The position numbers were made by a program, and so were the translations under genes. Shown here piece after piece: positions 21,675 through 29,694 of a stretch of DNA of 64,000 bases. The notes under the pieces were generated by a model that did not search any database, was not told the DNA's origin, and saw nothing but the letters and a program-made list of their open reading frames with translations. This DNA comes from Waterburya sp. (GTDB lineage Bacteria > Cyanobacteriota > Cyanobacteriia > Cyanobacteriales > Xenococcaceae): positions 32,952 through 96,951 of the forward strand of contig JBOFLX010000030.1 of the NCBI GenBank assembly GCA_051658085.1. The letters are read 5' to 3'. Numbering within the stretch: position 1 is the stretch's first letter; the number at the start of each line of letters is the position of its first letter.

Positions 21675-21762
21675 ACCTAAGCCACCCTATAATGATGCAA
21701 CGCCCTTTTATCCCTCAGATTATTCCGCATAACTAGCAACTTACGCTATTAAGTGTTCGAGA

Positions 21763-22581
21763 GTGATGAAAGTATCAAAAGTATCAAAAAAAAATAAACA
21801 TCAAAAAATTAATCATAATTTTGATTGGATTGCTTTTATAAACAGCTTGGTTTTGTTATTAATCCCAATCACAATCGTCTTTGTTGATGGGCAGACTGCA
21901 ATTGCGAATGAAAAGACAAAAAGCAATACTTTTGTTCTATTTCAACCACCGCCAGAAGAAGAACAGCCAGAAGAGACGGAGGGAGCAGCTTCACGGCAAA
22001 ATGGCAAGTGTTCTGGGGATTTATTTGCTGCTCAACAAGATAGTGCTGATGTTAGTCATAAATTGACTGCTATTGTACCCGATCGCAACTATGGATTAAC
22101 AACTGCGGAGCGTCCTAATCTTTGGGTTTATTTACCTCAAACTTCGGCACAGCAAGCAATTTTAAGTATCAAAGAAGCAGGTACTAGACCTCATTGGCAA
22201 CAGTCAATTGATTTAACAGGCGAGGCTGGGATTATGAAAATTAAACTAGCTCAAGATGCCCCTGCTTTAAAAATTGGTCAAAACTATCAATGGGCGCTAA
22301 TCTTAGTGTGCGGTAATCAACCAACTCCCAATGATCCTGTTGTTGCTGCTTGGATTGAGCGTATTAGTAAATCGCAAATTACGACTATGAATAAACAGCA
22401 GTTTGATTCTACTAAATTAGACAAGGCTGCTTGGTATGCACGACAAGGTATTTGGTATGATGCGCTGAATATCTTAGCTTCAGAAAAATCGTCTTTAAAT
22501 AATGGGAACGATCTATGGGCTAAATATCTGCAATCTGGTGGTTTAGCTGAATTTGCTAATCAAGCAATTATTAATTACTGA
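21763..22581 (+). CDS. DUF928 domain protein (signal-anchored, secreted)
   Basis: 272 aa; N-terminal TM/signal, then conserved core PNLWVYLPQTSA...QNYQWALILVCG...WYARQGIWYDAL consistent with cyanobacterial DUF928 family. Confidence 0.6.
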   Translation: MMKVSKVSKKNKHQKINHNFDWIAFINSLVLLLIPITIVFVDGQTAIANEKTKSNTFVLFQPPPEEEQPEETEGAASRQNGKCSGDLFAAQQDSADVSHKLTAIVPDRNYGLTTAERPNLWVYLPQTSAQQAILSIKEAGTRPHWQQSIDLTGEAGIMKIKLAQDAPALKIGQNYQWALILVCGNQPTPNDPVVAAWIERISKSQITTMNKQQFDSTKLDKAAWYARQGIWYDALNILASEKSSLNNGNDLWAKYLQSGGLAEFANQAIINY

Positions 22582-22585
22582 TAGT

Positions 22586-22702
22586 TGGTGACTGGAGATT
22601 GGTGACTGGGGATTGGGATGGGAGCTATCTACTTATTACTTACTACCTACTATTTACTACCTACTACCTAATTACCCAATCGCTAATCACTAATTACTGA
22701 TT
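22586..22702. repeat. composite STRR-like heptamer array (GGTGACT units, then TACTACC units, then inverted TAATCAC units)
   Basis: seen directly; outer parts are imperfect inverted repeats of each other. Confidence 0.6.
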
Positions 22703-22807
22703 AATTATAAAAAGCGATCGCAACTAACAGGCGATCGCCATATTTGTTTTACACTAGTGCTTATTGCTTATTACTTTCTTTCCATAATTAACTCTAGAAA
22801 GTAAGCC

Positions 22808-23377
22808 CTAACTAGCCACGCTACCTATTACACCCTTCATAGCTGCAATTCCTTGTTCGATGCTAGCCCAAAGTCCCATATCTGGTTCTATACCAGCTAT
22901 TTCTCGTGTTCCTACAAAATAGAGAACTCCTTTGAGAACTTCTTGATGGGCGCGATTTTCAAAGTTAACTTTATTGAGAGGTTCGACTGCATCTTGAAGT
23001 TTGTCATCAAGAGACTGAGCAACTTTATGAATCACTAAGCCAGTCATAGTCTGCTGATGTTTTAGTAACTCAAACTGAAAGAATTTATCATAAGATGTAA
23101 GTTCCGAACCATTCATCATTTTGTTGATTGCCTCGGCGTGTTTTTGAGTTATGTCGCGAGGTTGAGCGGTACTTCCAACTTCAGAAATGGCTTTGTCAAT
23201 AGAGTTAAGGTTTTCGCGATCGCTTGTAATCATTTTTTCTAGTCGCTCGCGGATTGTATCGTCATTTGTTTCGCTCATTAGTTTTTGACCGCTTTCAAGC
23301 AAAACTTCTTGAATAAGTTTTAAATCCGCTAGTTTTGTTTCTAGGTTTGTCATATCAGCCATCGCTGTTATCTCCAA
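22808..23377 (-). CDS. hypothetical all-helical protein
   Basis: 189 aa ORF; no recognised motif. Confidence 0.35.
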   Translation of the reverse strand: MEITAMADMTNLETKLADLKLIQEVLLESGQKLMSETNDDTIRERLEKMITSDRENLNSIDKAISEVGSTAQPRDITQKHAEAINKMMNGSELTSYDKFFQFELLKHQQTMTGLVIHKVAQSLDDKLQDAVEPLNKVNFENRAHQEVLKGVLYFVGTREIAGIEPDMGLWASIEQGIAAMKGVIGSVAS

Positions 23378-23609
23378 ATTTGAATTTTAATAACACGATA
23401 GCTATTAGGTTCATTAAGCCTCCTCCTCCTTCGGAAAGATTTATAGCCCTACTAAGTTAAGTTAGGACATTCATAGTCATCGGCTCGTCAGTAGGAAATA
23501 GGAAATCATTTACCATTTATCAAAAATGTTTAATATTCAATGTTCGCGAGTTCAATGAAGTGACTTTTGACTTTACCTAACTAGAGTTTTGGATACTTAT
23601 ACAAGAGAT

Positions 23610-26273
23610 CTATTGATAACTGGTTAGTTTTTTAGTTATTAAGGATGAATTGTCTTTGTTTTCCGACTGTTTTAAATATTCTAAAGCAATTCTGCCAACA
23701 ACAGGATGATTATGATATTCAATTAATAGTAATTCTAATGTATGTTGAAATTTAACGTGATCGCGTTGTTTATTTCTAATAATTATTGCCGTAATTATTG
23801 TTAGAATTAGTGTTAGTAATGCAGGTACAACAGGTAGCCAGTAACCCGCTAAAAACGCTTGATAACAAACAATAATTAAAATTATACTAGTTAAGCAAAT
23901 ACTGGAAATAATCAGGATTGTCTTTAATATTTGCCAAGCAATAATTACACCAGTAATTCCCCACAAAAATATCCAAAGAGATTCTAAAAGTTGGTTATGA
24001 GTGTGAAGTAAAGGACGATTATTAATCGCTGCATTAATTATTTGACTGCTAACATTAGCATGAATAAAAACTCCAGGCATTTTTTGAGGAGAACGAAACC
24101 AACCTTGACTATAAGGTGTATAAAAAAAATCTCTCAAACTTTCAGCAGTAGAACCAATAAAAATTAAGCGATCGCGTATGTCTTCGGTAGCAATCTCATT
24201 CTTTAGTACCTTGGTTAAAGAATACTGCTTAAAATTAGCTTTTGTCCCCCAAAAATTGAGTAATATCTGATATCCTTTAGCATCTGCACCGATATATCCG
24301 CCACTGTGAGGGGTAAATCGCTCAAAAACAGCTTTTCCTAAACGATAGCGATGATTATTAATTGGTTCAAGCTTGATTTTTTGCTCTTGGAGATAATGTA
24401 GAGCTAATTGAGTACCTAAACTAAAGCGTGTTTGTTGATCACTTCCCACTGTTGATAATAAAGCACGACGTATTTTACCATCACTATCTAATACTTGATC
24501 GCTAAACCCGACTTGTTTTTCACTAACATTAACTGAGGGAGGAATAGCATCACCAATTACTTTTTCTACTACATATAAATTGGGAGTAGAGTTATAAATT
24601 GCGTTTAAATCTTGGTTTCCTGGTTGTACAGGTAAATCGCGATAAAGATCTAGAGCGATCGCGCTTGGTTGATGTGTTTTGATATTTTTAATTGCTGTAG
24701 CTAAAATGCGATCGGAAATTGGTAATTGTCCTATTGTATTAATATCTTGTTCATTAATAGTAACTACCACAATTCGAGGTTCAATATTATTAGTAAGTCG
24801 CCAAACAAAAAAGCGATCAAGTAAATTCCATTCCCAAGTTTGTAAAATTCCTGTACAGCGTATTAATAAAATCAATCCCGTTACTCCCAAGGCTATCTTT
24901 ACAAGCCACTGCTTACTTAACCGTTGTTTATTGGCTTTTTGTCGTGCTTGTTTTCTGACATTTGCTAATAGTTTGCTTGCTGCTTCTACTGCTGCTAAAG
25001 CTTCTTGAGCTTCTTGTTTAGCCAAGTTTTGACTAGCCACTAAAAACTGATAATCTATATCTGTCAGACTTTTTCCTAATGACCAAGTTAAGGCAGTTTG
25101 TAAATCTTTACCTTTTAGTAAATAATCAGAATTATTAGTAGCAATCCAATCAGCGATCGCCTGACTATAAGGACGTAATTGAGTTAATTGTGCGTCTATC
25201 CAGGCTAGATTAAATACCTTGGCATAAATCGGGTTGGTAACTGATAAATTCCCCTTGCTTTCTATAACTAAACCTGATAAACGCAACTCTATTTGTTCGG
25301 TACTATTACTAACAGGAATTACTTGATTTTGTAAATCTCGATATAATCCTAATAATCGAATAGTCTTGGTAGAATTACGATAACATAGACGATTGCGGAT
25401 AGTTCTTAAATGTTCTGGTTCGTCTTGAGCTTCCCAATCTGTAAGGAAATATTTTTCAACAATTTTATCTATAGTTAATTCATTTTTTTTATTTGTCTCT
25501 TTAACAACCAACTGACATAATTTTTGAGTTAAAAACGGTTGTCCCCCAGTCCAAAATAAAATTTCGCTTAATATTTCTGATGGCTGATCAACTTTATCAA
25601 TCATACCTAACATTAAAGGAGAAGCTTCTACTAAAGTAAATCCTTGTAAGTTTATCCCTTTACCTAGTTCAAAAGGTGATTGATTTTTATCTCTAATTAA
25701 ATCTCTTGGTGCTGCAACTCCTAATAAAGTAAAAGTCAGTCGTTGATAATCACTATTAACCTGACGCTTTTGATAGCAACTATGAATCAGAGCAAAAAAA
25801 TTATCCAATGAAAAAGCTTGACTGAGAACTCGATCTATCTCATCAATAAAAATAACAATATTTTCTTTAACTTCTACTAATAAAACCTCTTCAATAAATA
25901 AATTCAATCGTTGTACAGGTGAAAACAAATCTCTTTTTTCTCGCCACCAATCACGCCAATTAAATTTAAGTTGACAACTACTAACAATCGAACGAACAAT
26001 TCCTGCATACCATTTCTCAATAGTTAAATCTTGCGTCCCCATTCCAGTTAAGTCTACAAATACACAAACATTTCCCTCTGCTTGTAATTTCGACATAGCT
26101 CGAACTCGCAAACTAGACTTTCCCATTTGACGAGAATTTAAAACATAACAAAACTGACCTTGTTTTAAAGCTTTTTCTAACTCGCGATCGGCTTTTCGCT
26201 CTACGTAGCTAGGAGAATTACTAGCTAAACTTCCTCCTACTTGATAAGTAAATATTTGATTATCTTTATTCAT
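23610..26273 (-). CDS. AAA_35-family NTPase fused to transmembrane CHASE2 sensor domain
   Basis: 887 aa; N-terminal YVERKADRELEKAL...LNSRQMGKSSL (AAA-like/AAA_35 P-loop), central TM helix, CHASE2-like LDRFFVWRL...RIVVVTINEQDI...AIALDLYRD, three C-terminal TM helices. Confidence 0.65.
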   Translation of the reverse strand: MNKDNQIFTYQVGGSLASNSPSYVERKADRELEKALKQGQFCYVLNSRQMGKSSLRVRAMSKLQAEGNVCVFVDLTGMGTQDLTIEKWYAGIVRSIVSSCQLKFNWRDWWREKRDLFSPVQRLNLFIEEVLLVEVKENIVIFIDEIDRVLSQAFSLDNFFALIHSCYQKRQVNSDYQRLTFTLLGVAAPRDLIRDKNQSPFELGKGINLQGFTLVEASPLMLGMIDKVDQPSEILSEILFWTGGQPFLTQKLCQLVVKETNKKNELTIDKIVEKYFLTDWEAQDEPEHLRTIRNRLCYRNSTKTIRLLGLYRDLQNQVIPVSNSTEQIELRLSGLVIESKGNLSVTNPIYAKVFNLAWIDAQLTQLRPYSQAIADWIATNNSDYLLKGKDLQTALTWSLGKSLTDIDYQFLVASQNLAKQEAQEALAAVEAASKLLANVRKQARQKANKQRLSKQWLVKIALGVTGLILLIRCTGILQTWEWNLLDRFFVWRLTNNIEPRIVVVTINEQDINTIGQLPISDRILATAIKNIKTHQPSAIALDLYRDLPVQPGNQDLNAIYNSTPNLYVVEKVIGDAIPPSVNVSEKQVGFSDQVLDSDGKIRRALLSTVGSDQQTRFSLGTQLALHYLQEQKIKLEPINNHRYRLGKAVFERFTPHSGGYIGADAKGYQILLNFWGTKANFKQYSLTKVLKNEIATEDIRDRLIFIGSTAESLRDFFYTPYSQGWFRSPQKMPGVFIHANVSSQIINAAINNRPLLHTHNQLLESLWIFLWGITGVIIAWQILKTILIISSICLTSIILIIVCYQAFLAGYWLPVVPALLTLILTIITAIIIRNKQRDHVKFQHTLELLLIEYHNHPVVGRIALEYLKQSENKDNSSLITKKLTSYQ

Positions 26274-26306
26274 GAAATAGATAGGAAAATGTCTTGTTAA
26301 CTTATT

Positions 26307-26455
26307 AAGCTGTTACGCACTTAAATCAATAATTGAGAGAGTAGACAGGAGTCAGGTAGGGGAGCCGTAAGTTTGGCGACGTACAGGAGTCATAACCAGG
26401 GTTTATAGCCTAATTTACTAACAAAACAATACACAATTTAAATGCGCTTTAGCTT
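26307..26455 (-). mobile_element. MITE-like element copy B (~149 bp, imperfect ~20-bp terminal inverted repeats)
   Basis: taagctgttacgcacttaaat ... core gagtcaggtaggggagccgtaagtttggcgacgtacaggagtca ... atttaaatgcgctttagctta; sits between two genes of the island. Confidence 0.7.
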
Positions 26456-26573
26456 ATTCGATCTAAGATTAATTTATATAGTAATTACTATAGGAAAAAT
26501 TCAGGTATTTTTTCAGGTATTTATAAAATAAGCGAATAAAGTTTTATTGTAGTCAAGCTTTATTTCTGCGGAT

Positions 26574-27314
26574 TTATTTTTTTTGATATCGTTGATATTG
26601 TTTCTCAAATTGTTCTAACATTTCATTGGTTAGAATATCATTTGTATTATTATAATAAACACTTAAATAGTCAAAAATTTCTTTGATGTTAGTGATTCTT
26701 TGCTTTTCATCAGATTCTGGAAATGTATTACTTGACTCAAAAAGAATACGATTTTTTAAATATATACTAAACTCCAATAATATATCTTCGTTAAATTTTT
26801 TTACTTCTTGTAGCGATTGATACAATTGATTACAAGAACGAATACCAGTACTAAGAGCTATGCGCGTATGTTTTGGTGTTTTTGCTTCTGCTGCTGTAAA
26901 ATTTCCGTTTGATTTATGCTGTTCTTGTTTGATATAAGTTATGTTTCGATACCCGTTAATGCAATTATTAACAAATTTTGGAAAAGTATCATAATCAAGA
27001 TAATCGGATAGCATCCAATTTTTGGAACATAGTTGATGCTCGTTTTTGTAACTATTAGACGGACATCCTAACAGAGTGCATGAAGCAGAGGTAACTGCAT
27101 AAAATAAACCAAAATTGTCAATGTTAAAATTACACTTATTACAACCTTGAGGGCAATAATACGAGTCAGGAATTATTGATTGCAAAATTCCTTTATGCCA
27201 AAAACTATTATTAATTTGCAGCCCAATGGAATAAGCTCCAAATAACATAATAAAAAAAAATATAATATATATAGTCACTAAAAAAATAACTGTTTTTTGT
27301 AAATACTTAACCAT
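26574..27314 (-). CDS. hypothetical Cys-rich, N-terminally anchored protein; extremely AT-rich gene
   Basis: 246 aa; one N-terminal TM; about 10 Cys in the ectodomain (CPQGCNKCN, CTLLGCPSN); GC visibly lower than flanks. Confidence 0.4.
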   Translation of the reverse strand: MVKYLQKTVIFLVTIYIIFFFIMLFGAYSIGLQINNSFWHKGILQSIIPDSYYCPQGCNKCNFNIDNFGLFYAVTSASCTLLGCPSNSYKNEHQLCSKNWMLSDYLDYDTFPKFVNNCINGYRNITYIKQEQHKSNGNFTAAEAKTPKHTRIALSTGIRSCNQLYQSLQEVKKFNEDILLEFSIYLKNRILFESSNTFPESDEKQRITNIKEIFDYLSVYYNNTNDILTNEMLEQFEKQYQRYQKK

Positions 27315-27443
27315 ATTTCAGTAAGTTTTTGAGATAATGTAAGTTAGTATAGCCTATTAATTTTAAAATATTATTATTGTTTAGACTTCTATTCATACAT
27401 TAAATTGAAATATTCATAATTAAATAATTATCAAGTACATAAA

Positions 27444-28802
27444 TTATTCATTAATAAAATAATCACGATATAACTTACAGCGAGGAGATACTAAATTATT
27501 TTGCTGTTTAACTAAACCAAGACTATGTAACTTATAAATTTGTAAAGAATTAAGAGCTACGGGGACATCAGATTTGACCACTGTAGAAAAAACCGAACTA
27601 AGTTCTGGAGATTCATTTAAAATATTAGCTAAACGACGCAAAGGATTACTATAAATTCCCGTCTCTGAAATAGCTGTTTGTAAAAATTGCTCTAAAGTAA
27701 GATTTTGGGTTTTTATCTGATACATTGCCAATCTTACCAAATAAGGATGACCGCCCACCAAATCCATCAATTGCTCGATTTCAGATTGATCCCAATCCAA
27801 CTGATATAAAGATGCTAAGGTGGCTACTTGTGTATAATCAAATTCTTCTAATAAAATTGGTACTCCTGCATTAAAAGGAGATTGATTAATATCTAAAGGA
27901 ATATACACTTCTGTTGAATGAGCTAGGAGTAGTTTTAATCTTGACCAACAATGATAAATTTTGCCCTTTTCGTGCCAACTACGTAACATTCCAAAAAAAT
28001 CTTCAATTACTTCTTCGTAAACAAATAAGCGATCAATATTATCAAAAGCTAAAACAATTTCACTAGTTATTTCCGCCAAAATATAATCTTCAAAATAAAA
28101 CGTACAGTTATCGTTGCTACCGAGAATATCTGTATCCCAATAATGTTGTACCTTATTTTCCAATTTCAACTGACGAGAAACCACTGCGCATAACCAACGT
28201 AGAAGTTTATCCAAATCATTTAGAATTGCTCTTTCGACACTACCAAAATCCAAATATACTGTTGTTTGTGACTGCAAAATTCCTTGTTCAAGAATACGAT
28301 TAACCAAAGAAGTTTTACCCATCCATTTTGCCCCTTTGATCCGAATTAAAGAGCCTGGTTTAATAATTGTTTCATAACAAATCGATTCTATAGGCGTTTG
28401 CGAAGCTAGCGGTACGCATCGCCTAATATAAAAATGAGAGCCTAAAGCAACTGAACCTTCAGGAAAAGTAAGGGTTTCTGTTGATAATTGATGTTGATAA
28501 TTGTTAATATTTGCTTGAATATTTTGCTGCCATTCCCGTTTTAATGCTTCTTTAAAATTTTTCTTTGATACTTTTTCTTGCAAAGCTGTTGACAAAGTTC
28601 CCCATAACTTACTTCCCACATCTTTACTTAAATAGTTACTGGTATAACCTTCAGCTTCGGCAATTTCTTCATAAGTTCGATTATCCCAAGCACCGCGTAA
28701 AATAGTAATCTCTAAATCACTTAAATGCTTTCCTGTATGCCGAAATACCAAATTTTCGGCGGTTTGTTGTGCTTTTTTCCAACTGAATGTATTTAGATTC
28801 AT
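27444..28802 (-). CDS. AAA_35-family NTPase with N-terminal HTH-like (LuxR/sigma-70 region-4-like) domain
   Basis: 452 aa; N-terminal LSDLEITILRGAWDNRTYEEIAEAEGYTSNYLSKDVGSKLW; P-loop IRIKGAKWMGKTSL then Walker B-like VLAFDNIDRL; overall collinear with N-terminal ATPase part of 23610-26273. Confidence 0.6.
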   Translation of the reverse strand: MNLNTFSWKKAQQTAENLVFRHTGKHLSDLEITILRGAWDNRTYEEIAEAEGYTSNYLSKDVGSKLWGTLSTALQEKVSKKNFKEALKREWQQNIQANINNYQHQLSTETLTFPEGSVALGSHFYIRRCVPLASQTPIESICYETIIKPGSLIRIKGAKWMGKTSLVNRILEQGILQSQTTVYLDFGSVERAILNDLDKLLRWLCAVVSRQLKLENKVQHYWDTDILGSNDNCTFYFEDYILAEITSEIVLAFDNIDRLFVYEEVIEDFFGMLRSWHEKGKIYHCWSRLKLLLAHSTEVYIPLDINQSPFNAGVPILLEEFDYTQVATLASLYQLDWDQSEIEQLMDLVGGHPYLVRLAMYQIKTQNLTLEQFLQTAISETGIYSNPLRRLANILNESPELSSVFSTVVKSDVPVALNSLQIYKLHSLGLVKQQNNLVSPRCKLYRDYFINE

Positions 28803-29048
28803 CTTTCTCTTCCCGCCAATCCTTTATCTCCGCCTTTATTTAACCTGGTTTCATGATAAAAGTTAACTAGATTACAAACATCTAAAAAACGTCCTAAATC
28901 ATTTTCCAACCAAAGTAATAAGCCTTTTCAAACTTTCGTCACTCATTAAGTATATTTTCTTACAACTAAAGTCTCTTCATTGAACATTAAACATTGACCA
29001 TTCGATATCGTTGATAAATGGTAAATGAAATGACTTCGTTGTCAAGCG

Positions 29049-29074
29049 GTTATAGGTTATAGGTTATAGGTTAT
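29049..29074. repeat. tandem heptamer (GTTATAG) x3.5
   Basis: ttataggttataggttataggttat. Confidence 0.7.
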
Positions 29075-29138
29075 TTTCTAATGCTCTTAAGCACCTTAAT
29101 CAGTTAATATTACAGAACAAAAATCAAATACAGAAAAT

Positions 29139-29429
29139 ATGAAAACCCAAGATCAACCTATTGCGATTTCTGGACAATGGTGCTTAGTAACAGTAAGCCA
29201 GTGGAAACGTGAATCTTTTTTAAAATATCTAAATAATGACATTGAAAAAAAACAATTACAAAATGTAATTTTAGAGATTATTGCTCTAGAAGAATCTGTT
29301 TACGAAAATATGGTTTTGCTTCGTATCAGTAATTATTCTGAAGCTAGAACTCATTTGCAACAAATAGACCATTTTCAAAATATTCAAAGATTAAAACCTA
29401 ATGAAGTAAGTCGGATGTTGAATAAATAA
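29139..29429 (+). CDS. hypothetical small protein
   Basis: 96 aa ORF; MITE copy C starts 6 bp after its stop codon. Confidence 0.3.
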   Translation: MKTQDQPIAISGQWCLVTVSQWKRESFLKYLNNDIEKKQLQNVILEIIALEESVYENMVLLRISNYSEARTHLQQIDHFQNIQRLKPNEVSRMLNK

Positions 29430-29435
29430 GTAATT

Positions 29436-29597
29436 AAGCTGTTACGCATTTAAGTTACTGGTTAAGAAAGGAGTCAGAAGTCAGGAGTCAGGTAGGGGAG
29501 CCGTAAGTTTGGCGACGTACAGGAGTCAGGAGTCAAGATAAGGGTTTCAACCTAATTTTTTAAGAGAATAGTATGCAATTTAAATGCGCTTTAGCTT
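29436..29597 (-). mobile_element. MITE-like element copy C (~162 bp, both terminal inverted repeats present)
   Basis: aagctgttacgcatttaag...gagtcaggtaggggagccgtaagtttggcgacgtacag...caatttaaatgcgctttagctt; full reverse-complement match to copy D. Confidence 0.75.
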
Positions 29598-29694
29598 AAT
29601 AAACAAAGTATGTATTTTAAGCAAATAATTTAACACGATTATTGTTTAAGGGCGATCGCGCTTATTTACCTTTAGTACATCAAGTTAAAGTCAA

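Noticed and set aside
22586-22702. Heptamer arrays as possible CRISPR arrays
   Set aside because: Repeat units are 7 bp with no unique spacers of 25-40 bp between them, and no cas genes are present. These are STRR-type tandem repeats, not CRISPR.
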